NCBI GenBank assembly: GCA_965222995.1
Contig: OZ244977.1
Span: 582,095 to 646,094, forward strand
DNA: 64,000 nucleotides
Direction of reading: 5' to 3'
From: Bacteroidia bacterium
Lineage (GTDB): Bacteria > Bacteroidota > Bacteroidia > UBA8524
Below are positions 18,594 through 28,203 of the stretch, in pieces. The notes beneath the pieces were generated by a model. The model saw nothing but the letters and a program-made list of their open reading frames with translations, was not told where the DNA came from and did not search any database. Within the stretch, counting starts at the first letter, position 1, and each line of letters begins with the position of its first letter. A program made the translations under genes and the position numbers.

Positions 18594-19685
18594 TTATAAG
18601 TATTTTAGAGGGGTGTTGTCGTACACCTTTCCAAAAATTTTAGGGGCAGTAAAACGGATGCCTATGTTTATTTCCGCATTGAAAAAGAGTGTAGATGCAT
18701 CTACATTAGGAAGTGAGATTACACTTCGGTCTCCCTTAGCAATAAAACCGGCATAAAATCTATCTCCGTTATATCCGAATGAAAAAGAGGCATCTCCCAT
18801 GATTGCACCTCGTGTACCTTCAGAAAGTAAGACATTTTTATTGTCAAAAGCAGTATGATATTGTACGTCTCCCAGTACTTGTACATTGAAGGAAAAAAAC
18901 CACTTTTTGTGTACTAAAGTACCTGCAATACCAGGACCTAAACCAAAAGAATACACTTTTAAACTTTTCAACTCTCCATACCTGCCAAACAAGCGCTCTT
19001 GACCTCTATTGAAAAACGAAGAATCGCCCCATGTATTAATTCTGTATAAGTGTGAGCTTATAAATGCAGATGCCCTGCTTTTCTTTTGACGTTCAATAAA
19101 TCTATTAGCTGCTCTATACGAATATTTTTTGTATGAGTGGATATACAATACTCTTAGTTTGGTGTATTGCATATTTATGTCTCTACGCTTTATGAAAGGA
19201 TTTGCCTTTGTTCTTGTAGAGTCGTATTCTCTTGCATTCCTATCAGAAAAACCTGAGAATGTATTGTGATAAAAATCAAATAGAAAAGGGTTGGTATTTA
19301 GCCGTAAGCGAATGATAGAATAATCTGTAGAACCAAAGCGTTCTTGCTCTTCAGGCGAAATTCTACCTTTTACTCTAAGTGATAGAGTTACTGCTCTATA
19401 TGTAGTTGTAAAACCTATTACATCTCGCAAATAAGGTTGGTAACGGTTGTGTTTATGTTTTAAACTGTCTATTTCAGGCTGAAAACGCAATTCAAAATTA
19501 GGCGCAGAAATTAACGGGGCAATAGAAAGTATATCTTTATCAAACTTATGTACATAATTAGTATCGTGCTTATGACGTTTAGGAGTTTTTTTAACCTCTA
19601 CCGTAGTGTTTTGGGCACCAAGGCTAAAAGTATAAAAAAGGGCTATAAACAGCAGATATGTTTTGACGGTAGGCAAGCGGCACAA
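18594..19685 (-). CDS. Secreted beta-rich protein of unknown function, tandem paralog 2 of 3
   Basis: 363 aa with HDTNYVHKF, YQPYLRDVIGF, LRLNTNPFLFDFYHN and a YDNTPLKYL C-terminus. Confidence 0.7.
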   Translation of the reverse strand: MCRLPTVKTYLLFIALFYTFSLGAQNTTVEVKKTPKRHKHDTNYVHKFDKDILSIAPLISAPNFELRFQPEIDSLKHKHNRYQPYLRDVIGFTTTYRAVTLSLRVKGRISPEEQERFGSTDYSIIRLRLNTNPFLFDFYHNTFSGFSDRNAREYDSTRTKANPFIKRRDINMQYTKLRVLYIHSYKKYSYRAANRFIERQKKSRASAFISSHLYRINTWGDSSFFNRGQERLFGRYGELKSLKVYSFGLGPGIAGTLVHKKWFFSFNVQVLGDVQYHTAFDNKNVLLSEGTRGAIMGDASFSFGYNGDRFYAGFIAKGDRSVISLPNVDASTLFFNAEINIGIRFTAPKIFGKVYDNTPLKYL

Positions 19686-19693
19686 AAATATAA

Positions 19694-20806
19694 CTAATGT
19701 GATTTAAAATACTTAAGTGGAGTATTATCATAAATTGTGCTAAAAATTTTAGGTGCATTAAAACGCATACCTATACTAAGCTCATTATTAAAAAATGAGG
19801 TTGTACCATTTATGTGAGGCAGGTTTATTAAGTTTCTATCTACACTAGAAATAAAGGTAGCGTAAAACTTATCTCCATTATAGCCAAAAGAAAGAGCAAT
19901 ATCTCCCATTATGCCCCCACGCCAACCTTTTGAAAGTAAAGCTTCATTTGGGTTTTTAGCATTATGGTGTAACATATTTCCTAAAACCTCTGCCCTAAAT
20001 GAGAAAAACCATTTTTTCCATACCATATTGGCTATAAAACCGGGACCAATACCCATTGAAAATACTCTTAGGTTAGAGAGGTTTTGCATACTGCCAAAAG
20101 CATTTTCTTGTCCACGATTAAAAAAGGAACTGTCGCCCCAATTGTTTAGGCGGTACGCGTGAGAAGAAATGTAGAACGATGTTTTAGATTTCTTTTGCCT
20201 TTCTGTAAACCGAAAAGCTGCCCTGTACGAGAATTTTTTGTGAGAGAAAATATACAACACTTTAAGTTTGGTGTACCGTGTTCTTAAATCAGGACGAATA
20301 ATGAAAGGCGCACCATTAGGCAGTGTGGTGTTATAAGCCTCAGTATTTCTATCACTTAATCCATTAAAAGCATTGTGAAAAAAATCGAAAATAAAAGCAT
20401 TGGTATATAAGCGAAGCCTGTATAAATTGTATTTGGTTTTGCCATATAAATTTTCATCCTCTGGTGAGATGCGTCCCTTTACTTTTGCAGAAAACGTAAT
20501 GGCACGATAACTAAAAGTAAAGCCGATAATATCTCTTAAATAGGGGCGGTAAACATTAAATTTATCTTCGAAACCTGACTTTTTTGGTGTGTAAGCTATA
20601 CTAAAAGTAGGAGCAGAAATAAGCGGAGCAAAGGAAACTATGTTACTACCGTATTTCTGTATATAATTGCTATCATAATCAAAAAGTTCTTCTTTGCTAA
20701 GGGCATCTTTTATTTTACCCAATTCTTTTTCAATTATCTGGGCATAAATATGTTGCACAGCTACTAGCAGTAATGCACTAAAAAGATATTTTTTTAGCAG
20801 TCTCAA
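19694..20806 (-). CDS. Secreted beta-rich protein of unknown function, tandem paralog 3 of 3
   Basis: 370 aa with YDSNYIQKYG, YRPYLRDIIGF, LRLYTNAFIFDFFHN and a YDNTPLKYFKSH C-terminus. Confidence 0.7.
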   Translation of the reverse strand: MRLLKKYLFSALLLVAVQHIYAQIIEKELGKIKDALSKEELFDYDSNYIQKYGSNIVSFAPLISAPTFSIAYTPKKSGFEDKFNVYRPYLRDIIGFTFSYRAITFSAKVKGRISPEDENLYGKTKYNLYRLRLYTNAFIFDFFHNAFNGLSDRNTEAYNTTLPNGAPFIIRPDLRTRYTKLKVLYIFSHKKFSYRAAFRFTERQKKSKTSFYISSHAYRLNNWGDSSFFNRGQENAFGSMQNLSNLRVFSMGIGPGFIANMVWKKWFFSFRAEVLGNMLHHNAKNPNEALLSKGWRGGIMGDIALSFGYNGDKFYATFISSVDRNLINLPHINGTTSFFNNELSIGMRFNAPKIFSTIYDNTPLKYFKSH

Positions 20807-20906
20807 AACCCAAACAAATTTCGACTTTAATTTTTGTGATGTTTCAAAAACTTAATCACCTAACAGAAAAATGCAGTAGAATGTTGAATTTATACCCTAA
20901 AATGTT

Positions 20907-21779
20907 TTACGGGTAGTATTCTATTTCGTAGGTGAAAAAACGAAGTAATGTTTTATTAGAAATTGCTGAAAACCTTAAAAGGTTATGTAGCTCATCATAA
21001 AAATATAAATGTTTAGTTTCACCACGACTGTATTTATAACGAGGTTTATATTTGAATTTCACTTTTTCAGCACGATTTTTATGGTCAATATTATACCTGT
21101 ACCTCGTTTTTATTTTAAACTGGCTGCCCAGCTTTTTTAAGAAAAACTTACTTTTAAGTATTTTAGACTTCCCTCTGAGGTTATATTTATACTTGGTAGC
21201 AGAAATAGATGTAGAATCATAACCTTCTATTTCTCTTACCAAGCCTCTAAGGTTGTATTTATAGCTGAATTTAGAGGTTACATTACCGCTAGCATCATAA
21301 TCTATTTTTTCTTTTAACCTTCCTTTTTTATTATAATTATATTCTCCAAATAAAACCCCTTTATCTTTCAGGTTTTGTATAGGTGTAGCATCAATTAACT
21401 CTTCGTTTGGGAGTTTAATTTCTGCTGTTATATTCCCATCTTTATTTAGTACTGCAATAATTATTGATGAAGTTTGAGGAAAAGTGATTTTTATGAAACT
21501 ATCATAGTAGTTATAAAACTCTGTTTTCACTATGCTATCATAATTACTTACTTTTCTTTTTTTAAGAAAACCTTCTTTAGAAAACTCATAAGTAATAAAC
21601 TTATTTTTAGTAGAGTCTGCAATGGTAGAATCACCTTTAATCTTGTTATACAGCTTATTTTCAATAATAATTTTCACATTTCCCTTTAGCCTAAAATCTT
21701 TTTCGGCTCTGTATTTTAATTGAGCTGTGGTTGGCAGTGAGTAAATAACAAGTAGCCAAAAAAAAGCAAGTGTTTTCAT
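20907..21779 (-). CDS. Lys-rich secreted hypothetical protein with YD-like short repeats
   Basis: The likely start is at 21779, giving signal peptide MKTLAFFWLLVIYSLPTTAQ. The ORF track extends to 21803. It has repeats FSYKYNLRG / KYKYNLRGK and a segment GRLKEKIDYDASGNV reminiscent of YD repeats. Confidence 0.5.
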   Translation of the reverse strand: MKTLAFFWLLVIYSLPTTAQLKYRAEKDFRLKGNVKIIIENKLYNKIKGDSTIADSTKNKFITYEFSKEGFLKKRKVSNYDSIVKTEFYNYYDSFIKITFPQTSSIIIAVLNKDGNITAEIKLPNEELIDATPIQNLKDKGVLFGEYNYNKKGRLKEKIDYDASGNVTSKFSYKYNLRGLVREIEGYDSTSISATKYKYNLRGKSKILKSKFFLKKLGSQFKIKTRYRYNIDHKNRAEKVKFKYKPRYKYSRGETKHLYFYDELHNLLRFSAISNKTLLRFFTYEIEYYP

Positions 21780-21786
21780 ATAGATG

Positions 21787-23778
21787 TTATTCATTAATAT
21801 CAATACCTAACTCAGGGTAATACTCAATATTCGGTGGCGGTGGAATGGAAAAACTATCTATAGGAGTGATAAAGTTTTTTGCTCTGCCTTTTAACTCTAC
21901 TTGGGGGCTAAAGTTAGTAGAGTCGCTTGCGGGTAATTGCTCACGTTGTACCATGCGGCGTATTACCAAATTGGCTTTTTCTTGCAGCCAATATTTCATG
22001 GTGCCGTCTTTCTCAAACCCATATTTAAATGCTTTTGGTCGGGGTATAATATTAGAGAGGTAAATACCTTCGGCAAGGGTTAAATCAGCCGGTTTTTTAT
22101 TAAAGTAGAACTCACTAGCCTCGCCAATACCATATATATTGGGTGCAAACTCTATTATGTTTAGGTACGCCTCAAACATACGTTCTTTACTTACCAAGCG
22201 GTTGTTTTCTATAAGCCATACTATTAGGACTTCTTCTACCTTGCGAGCTACAGTTTTCCTGCGTTTTAAAAAGGCATTTTTAACCAATTGCATGCTAATG
22301 GTGCTACCACCGCGTACAAATTTTAAGTCAGCTTTGTAAACGGCAGCAATGGCATCTCTAAACGATTGGGGAATAAAACCCCTGTGCCTGAAAAACGAAG
22401 GGTCTTCGTTTATAAGTAAAGCATTAGTAAAATATGGGCTTACTTCTACTAAAGGAGTAAAGTAAGGATTGGTATCGCTAACATTTATGGTACGTAGTTT
22501 TTGGTCTCCCTCATAAACAGTATGCATAAAGGGCTGGTTTATTTTAGTATAGTTAACCTTTCCGTACTTTACTATTCTAAAACCCTCTTTTTGCAGTGAT
22601 GATTCAAACTGTAAACTATCGGGCACGGCCCCATCTATAAAACAGTTTAGGCGGTAACTTAGGTTACCCTTTACCTCTATACCTTTAAAAGTACTAAACA
22701 TGCCTTGTGGTAAGGCATTAAAAAAGTTTTGTGCAGGGGTAGAGGGCATAATTACTTTTAAACTATACAGTTTCTTTTTACCCAACGGGTATTGTATAAA
22801 TGTATTAAAATCAATACCATTAGTACTAATTTTTGAGCTGGAATCTATGGTTAAAAAAGCTTTGTTTATATAAGCATCAATATCTCCGCCTGCTTGGTTA
22901 AATACAACCGTGTCTTTAGCAATTTTAGCGTTATAAATAGCCAGTGTGTCAATAGTTCCTTTGCCTTTAAATATCAGTTTTTTGTTTTGATAGTCTAGCT
23001 CGTTAACGGTTAGATGCAGTTTTTTAAACTGTAAGCCAGATTTGAAAAGGGAAGCGAAATATATGTTTATGCCTTCATTACCAAATAGTTCTAGCCCACC
23101 TTTAATACCATCCTTATCAAAACTGCCTTTGGCTATCCATGGGCTGTTGCCAAACTCCTTTTGAGGCAGTAATGTGGCCGTAAATTTGGTGTTTTTCCAA
23201 TCTAAATTTTGTAAGGTAATATGTCTTAAACTATCACCGTACTTTAGGCTAAATTTGGTATTAGAAACATTTACAGCATCAGGCAAGTAACCTAATGCAG
23301 TTTTTATATAATTAAATATTTTTTTCGAGTAATCGCTATTAACCACATCACTGTTTTTCTGTTTTTTTCTAGGTTTTAATAAGGCCCTAAAATTGGTTTG
23401 CGAGCTGTCTTTTCTAAGGTAAATATGGGTATTAGTAACCTGTAAATTACTGAGATTTATTTTCCTGAAAAGGGCAGGTAAAAGCTTTATAGAAACTGAT
23501 ACAGTATCTGTTTTGAGTAAGGTATCTCTGTTTTGGGGTACTAAACTAATTTGCGCAAGCTGTACAGTGTTTAGCGAGGTAAACCTAGCACTGCCTACAT
23601 TAAAAGTAAGGTAGGTGGTATTTTCTATTTTGGTTTTTACTTTGGTAAGCGCCTTTTGTAAAACATAACTACGCAAAGAGAAATAACCTATTACCCCGAT
23701 AAGCAAAAACGCTGAAATAGTAATAAATACATATTTCAGCGTTTTAAATGAGAATATTTTATTTATAAAGCGGCTCAC
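21787..23778 (-). CDS. Membrane-anchored protein with C-terminal peptidoglycan glycosyltransferase (GT51 transglycosylase) domain
   Basis: An N-terminal TM segment and ~430 aa of unknown region are followed by transglycosylase motifs (EDPSFFRHRGF, RGGSTISMQLVKN, RKVEEVLIVWLIE). Confidence 0.75.
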   Translation of the reverse strand: MSRFINKIFSFKTLKYVFITISAFLLIGVIGYFSLRSYVLQKALTKVKTKIENTTYLTFNVGSARFTSLNTVQLAQISLVPQNRDTLLKTDTVSVSIKLLPALFRKINLSNLQVTNTHIYLRKDSSQTNFRALLKPRKKQKNSDVVNSDYSKKIFNYIKTALGYLPDAVNVSNTKFSLKYGDSLRHITLQNLDWKNTKFTATLLPQKEFGNSPWIAKGSFDKDGIKGGLELFGNEGINIYFASLFKSGLQFKKLHLTVNELDYQNKKLIFKGKGTIDTLAIYNAKIAKDTVVFNQAGGDIDAYINKAFLTIDSSSKISTNGIDFNTFIQYPLGKKKLYSLKVIMPSTPAQNFFNALPQGMFSTFKGIEVKGNLSYRLNCFIDGAVPDSLQFESSLQKEGFRIVKYGKVNYTKINQPFMHTVYEGDQKLRTINVSDTNPYFTPLVEVSPYFTNALLINEDPSFFRHRGFIPQSFRDAIAAVYKADLKFVRGGSTISMQLVKNAFLKRRKTVARKVEEVLIVWLIENNRLVSKERMFEAYLNIIEFAPNIYGIGEASEFYFNKKPADLTLAEGIYLSNIIPRPKAFKYGFEKDGTMKYWLQEKANLVIRRMVQREQLPASDSTNFSPQVELKGRAKNFITPIDSFSIPPPPNIEYYPELGIDINE

Positions 23779-23779
23779 A

Positions 23780-24343
23780 TTATACCGTCATTATTTCTTT
23801 TTCTTTAGTAGCAACTAAATCATCAATTTTTTTAATATACTGGTTAGTAAGGTCTTGTACATCGCTTTCGCCGCCTTTAGCAGCATCTTCTGCTAACCCG
23901 TCTTTCTGTAGTTTTTTTATGCTTTCATTGCTGTCTTTACGAACGTTACGTATGCTAATTTTTGCTTGTTCAGCTTCAGCTTTTACTTTTTTAACCAAGT
24001 CTTTACGACGCTCTTCTGTTAATGGGGGTACATTTATGCGAATTAAATCACCATCGTTTTGAGGGTTCAGTCCAAGATTAGCGTCTGTAATTGCTTTTTC
24101 TAAATCGGCAATCATACTTTTATCAAAAGGCTGTACTGTTATAGTACGGGGATCTGGAGTTGAAACGTTCGCTGTTTGGTTAATAGGTGTCATTGAACCG
24201 TAGTAGTCTACATTAACACCATCAAGCATACTGGCAGATGCTTTTCCCGCTCTTATTTTCAAAAACTCATTTTCAGTGTGTGTAATACACTTTTTCATCC
24301 CTTCCTCAGCTTCCTCAAGTACAAATTGTAGTTCTTCACTCAT
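23780..24343 (-). CDS. frr: Ribosome recycling factor
   Basis: 187 aa with the overall RRF pattern (LEEAEEGMKK...RNVRKD...KEKEIMTV). Confidence 0.93.
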   Translation of the reverse strand: MSEELQFVLEEAEEGMKKCITHTENEFLKIRAGKASASMLDGVNVDYYGSMTPINQTANVSTPDPRTITVQPFDKSMIADLEKAITDANLGLNPQNDGDLIRINVPPLTEERRKDLVKKVKAEAEQAKISIRNVRKDSNESIKKLQKDGLAEDAAKGGESDVQDLTNQYIKKIDDLVATKEKEIMTV

Positions 24344-24493
24344 AACTGTTTGCGTAAATTATAATTTTCGATTTAAAAAAATTAAGGTTGCAAAATAAAG
24401 CTTTTATAGCATTTATATAAAGTATTCTTAGGTGTACAAAATATTTATTAAAATCTTATTGAAGGTATATCCATTGAGAATATATTGAAACTA

Positions 24494-24501
24494 TATATTT
24501 G
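24494..24501 (+). promoter_or_regulatory. -7 promoter element TATATTTG upstream of gpmA
   Basis: The TAnnTTTG match lies 22 nt upstream of the ATG at 24523. Confidence 0.4.
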
Positions 24502-24522
24502 CAGCAAAATATAAAAACTTGT

Positions 24523-25128
24523 ATGGCACAGTTAGTTATTATTAGGCACGGACAATCGCAATGGAATTTAGAAAACCGCTTTACCGGTTGGGTTGATGTG
24601 GATTTATCTCCCAAAGGAATTGAAGAAGCAAAAAAAGCAGCTGAAATGCTAAAAGACTACAAGTTTGATATGGCTTTTACCTCGGCATTGCAACGTGCAC
24701 AAAAAACACTAAGTGCTATTTTGGAAATAACCGGTCAGGCAGATATACCTGTAACTAAACATGAAGCTTTGAATGAGCGCATGTATGGTGATTTACAAGG
24801 ATTGGACAAAGCAGAAACTGCAAAAAAATATGGCGATGAGCAAGTACATATTTGGCGTAGAAGTTATGATGTGCCTCCACCAAACGGTGAAAGCTTAAAG
24901 GATACTGAGGCAAGGGTTATCCCTTATTATAAAGAGCACATAGAGCCTTTACTAAGAGAGGGTAAAAATATTATAATCTCAGCACATGGTAATAGCTTGC
25001 GTGCCTTGATTATGTATTTGGAAAACTTAACTCCCGAAGAAATTTTGAAGAAAGAGTTGGGCACCGCCCGCCCCATTGTTTATGATTTAGACGAAAACGC
25101 CAAAGTTCTCAAAGCACAAGCGATGTAG
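24523..25128 (+). CDS. gpmA: 2,3-bisphosphoglycerate-dependent phosphoglycerate mutase
   Basis: The RHGQSQWN catalytic His motif, [10 protein letters not shown] and the [10 protein letters not shown] second His motif are present. The ORF-track start at 24499 is further upstream. I prefer the ATG at 24523 ([10 protein letters not shown]). Confidence 0.9.
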   Translation: MAQLVIIRHGQSQWNLENRFTGWVDVDLSPKGIEEAKKAAEMLKDYKFDMAFTSALQRAQKTLSAILEITGQADIPVTKHEALNERMYGDLQGLDKAETAKKYGDEQVHIWRRSYDVPPPNGESLKDTEARVIPYYKEHIEPLLREGKNIIISAHGNSLRALIMYLENLTPEEILKKELGTARPIVYDLDENAKVLKAQAM

Positions 25129-25168
25129 TTAGAAAATTTTGAATTATAATACAATTCGAAATTTCAAA

Positions 25169-26218
25169 TTACGAATTAGTTAAGTGTTGCCAACCTTGGG
25201 CTTTTAGGGCAAACTTGTTGTCGTTTTTAGTCATTAAGTGTATACCTTCTTCTTTGGGTGTGCAATGCCCAATAATACTTATCAAATCAGTTTTTTGAAG
25301 TTTTTCATAATCAGCTTGAGGAATGGTGAATAGCAACTCGTAATCTTCGCCACCATTAAGTGCGGCAGTAGAAGGGTCTATGTTAAACTCTTCTGCCATT
25401 TGTATGGTTTGGTGGTCCATGGGTAACTTGCTTTCATACACATTCATTCCTACGTTAGAGTGCTGACATAAATGATAAACTTCTGAGGCTAAACCATCTG
25501 AAACATCAATCATACTGGTAGGCACAATACCCTGTGCATCCAACCACTCTACAAAATCTTTTTGCGCTTCGGGTCGTAACTGACGACCTACTATATAGTC
25601 CCAGCCTCCCAAATCAGGTTGCATATTAGGGTTAGCAATATATACTTGCTTTTCGCGCTCTAATAAATTTAAACCCATATATGCACCACCTAAATCTCCT
25701 GTTACACACAACAAGTCGTTATCTTTTGCGCCTTTTCGGTAAGTAATTTTTTTCTCATCAGCATAACCAATGGCAGATATAGAAATAATTAAACCCTGCT
25801 TTGAAGATGAAGTATCTCCACCCACTACATCTATCCCATATTTTTCACAAGCTATATAAATACCTTTATATAGTTCTTCTACAGCTTCGAGGGAAAAGCG
25901 ATTAGAGAAACCAACTGAAACGGTAATCTGTTCGGGCTTCCCATTCATGGCATAAATGTCTGAAAGGTTTACAACAACTGCTTTATACCCCAAGTGCTTA
26001 AGTGGCATGTATGACAAATCAAAATGTACCCCTTCAAGTAACATGTCAGTACTAACCAACATTTTTTTGCCATCTGCATCAATTACTGCGGCATCATCAC
26101 CCACACCTTTAACGGTAGATTTGTTTTTAAGCTCAATATCTTTGGTAAGGTGGTCTATTAAACCAAACTCACCCAAATTACCAATTTCAGTGCGCCCTGC
26201 GTTTTCAAACATTTCCAT
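25169..26218 (-). CDS. thiL: Thiamine-monophosphate kinase
   Basis: AIR-synthase-related fold motifs GDDAAVI, VVNLSDIYAMNG, GGDTSSS, DVSDGL and NGGEDYELLF. I prefer the internal start MEMFENAG at 26218. The longer ORF would overlap the divergent ComF gene. Confidence 0.85.
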   Translation of the reverse strand: MEMFENAGRTEIGNLGEFGLIDHLTKDIELKNKSTVKGVGDDAAVIDADGKKMLVSTDMLLEGVHFDLSYMPLKHLGYKAVVVNLSDIYAMNGKPEQITVSVGFSNRFSLEAVEELYKGIYIACEKYGIDVVGGDTSSSKQGLIISISAIGYADEKKITYRKGAKDNDLLCVTGDLGGAYMGLNLLEREKQVYIANPNMQPDLGGWDYIVGRQLRPEAQKDFVEWLDAQGIVPTSMIDVSDGLASEVYHLCQHSNVGMNVYESKLPMDHQTIQMAEEFNIDPSTAALNGGEDYELLFTIPQADYEKLQKTDLISIIGHCTPKEEGIHLMTKNDNKFALKAQGWQHLTNS

Positions 26219-26265
26219 AGAAGTGCAAAGGTACATCAGTTTTACATTTGTTATTCTAAATTGCA

Positions 26266-26955
26266 GTGATGAATCTGATTGCTGATTTTGTTTCTCTTTT
26301 CTATCCTCAAATTTGTGCTGCTTGTGACGGTGAACTGCTGAATGGGGAGGAGCATATTTGTTTAGATTGCCAGCTACAACTGCCTTATACGGGGTTTGCA
26401 AACCAAAGCCCTAATGCTGCTGAGCAAATGTTTTGGGGTAGAGTAGAACTTGAAGGGGCTACAGCTTTTTTATATTTCAAGAAAGGGAGCCGTACCCGCA
26501 AGCTAATGCATAGAATTAAATATAAAGCTGAAAAAGAGTTGGCATTACATATTGGTAGAATGATGGGCGAAGAGTTGAAACAAAGTGGAAGATTTGCAAC
26601 GGTTGAAGGTATAATTCCTATTCCACTTCATAAAAAGAAACAACGCAAACGTGGTTTTAACCAAAGCGAATGGTTTGCCAAAGGGCTGGCTGAAAAGTTA
26701 GAAGTTAATGTAATTACAAATGTGCTTTTAAAAATCTCTGAAACTAAAAGTCAAACCAAAAAAAACCGTTGGCAACGCTGGCTAAATATGGGCGAACAGT
26801 TTGTAGTTAAGCAGCCTGATAGCATAAAGGGTAAGCATATTTTACTGGTTGATGATATTGTAACCACAGGGGCTACTTTAGAATCGTGTGTAGTAACATT
26901 AAAAGAAAATATCGGTTGCACTGTTAGTATTGCTACTATGGCAATTACTGAGTGA
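26266..26955 (+). CDS. ComF-family protein (zinc-ribbon + phosphoribosyltransferase domain)
   Basis: An N-terminal double CxxC (CAACDG...CLDCQ) is followed by the PRTase motif ILLVDDIVTTGATL. Confidence 0.8.
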   Translation: MMNLIADFVSLFYPQICAACDGELLNGEEHICLDCQLQLPYTGFANQSPNAAEQMFWGRVELEGATAFLYFKKGSRTRKLMHRIKYKAEKELALHIGRMMGEELKQSGRFATVEGIIPIPLHKKKQRKRGFNQSEWFAKGLAEKLEVNVITNVLLKISETKSQTKKNRWQRWLNMGEQFVVKQPDSIKGKHILLVDDIVTTGATLESCVVTLKENIGCTVSIATMAITE

Positions 26956-28075
26956 GTAGAGCTGCTAACTTTTCTCCCGTATTACTTCCCAGTGCTATAC
27001 CCATACCATTGCAACCGAAGCCCAAAGCAATATTTTCCGTGATATTTTTAATTATGGGTTGCTTGTTGGGCGAAAAACCCATTATACCCTGCCAGTTGCG
27101 TTCAACCTCTAATTCAGTATTTGGGGCTATTACAGTTTTCAGGTAGTGCTCTAGCTTATGTAGTATGGTATTGTTAGGTTCAAAAGTTGTAGTTTCTTCG
27201 TGTTTTAAGTCTAAGTTTCTGCCACCACCAAAAAGTATTTGGTTTCCGTAATTTCTAAAGTAATAAAAGCCTTCTTCAAAATGGAAGGTCCCTTTTAATC
27301 TTAAATTTTCTATAGGTTTAGTGGCAATTACTTGTCCACGCCCGGGCTTAATACCTAGCTCCGGTAAAAATTGATGGGTGAATGCGTTGGTACACAAACC
27401 CATTTTTTTGCAAGTAAACTCTACATTTTTATTAAGCTGGTGGTGATGCACAAAAACGCTAACACCCATTTCGGTTTCATCAAATTCAATTACCTCAGCA
27501 CCATAGATAATTTTTATACCCAACCCTGTAGCATAGCGCGAGAGATTCTCCATCATTAAACCCGTATCAATTTGTCCTTCAAGTGGGGTGTAAATCAGGT
27601 GCTTGGTATTGCCAAAGCCAAAGTTTGGTATTAAATCGTTTTTTAATTCAAAAACCTTGGTGTTAAAATAGGGTCGTAGTTGTTGGTTTAGCGTGTCAAT
27701 TTTTTGGGGTTCAAAGCTTTCATCATCATCAAAAATAAGTTCATAACCACCATTTTGCTCATAGCCAATTTTGTTGTCTCCCAATCGGTGGCGCAGCTTT
27801 TCTAACCCCTTTTGGCGTTCAACTGCAAGTTTGGCAACAGTATCAGCATCAGTAAGCTCCATGTCGGCCATCATTTCACAAGCTTTTGCAAAGCAAGCAA
27901 AACCGGCATTTTTAGTACTTGCACCTGTTGGGAAAATGCCTCTTTCAAGTACTAATACATCTTTCTCGGGATTTTTTTCTTTTAGTGAGCAAGCTGTGGA
28001 AAGCCCTGTGATTCCTGCCCCAATAATTATTACATCATATTTTGTAAATGAATTTTGTTCCCAAAAACTAATCAT
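26945..28075 (-). CDS. FAD-dependent oxidoreductase (DAO family)
   Basis: N-terminal Rossmann motif VIIIGAGITGLSTA and a DAO-like layout over 376 aa. Confidence 0.8.
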   Translation of the reverse strand: MISFWEQNSFTKYDVIIIGAGITGLSTACSLKEKNPEKDVLVLERGIFPTGASTKNAGFACFAKACEMMADMELTDADTVAKLAVERQKGLEKLRHRLGDNKIGYEQNGGYELIFDDDESFEPQKIDTLNQQLRPYFNTKVFELKNDLIPNFGFGNTKHLIYTPLEGQIDTGLMMENLSRYATGLGIKIIYGAEVIEFDETEMGVSVFVHHHQLNKNVEFTCKKMGLCTNAFTHQFLPELGIKPGRGQVIATKPIENLRLKGTFHFEEGFYYFRNYGNQILFGGGRNLDLKHEETTTFEPNNTILHKLEHYLKTVIAPNTELEVERNWQGIMGFSPNKQPIIKNITENIALGFGCNGMGIALGSNTGEKLAALLTQ

Positions 28076-28203
28076 GTTGCAATGTTAGTATAATGCTTAA
28101 AAAATTCTATGATTAGCAATTATCTATCCTAAAAAGATATTAATCGAGTTTTTTACTGAACATAACCCCAGTTGTATGTACTTTTACGCAAATTTCATAG
28201 CCT

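Noticed and set aside
25131-25167. AT-rich imperfect inverted repeat between convergent gpmA and thiL as a bidirectional terminator
   Set aside because: Arms match only approximately (gaaaattttgaatt vs aattcgaaatttc) and there is no GC clamp. I left it uncalled.
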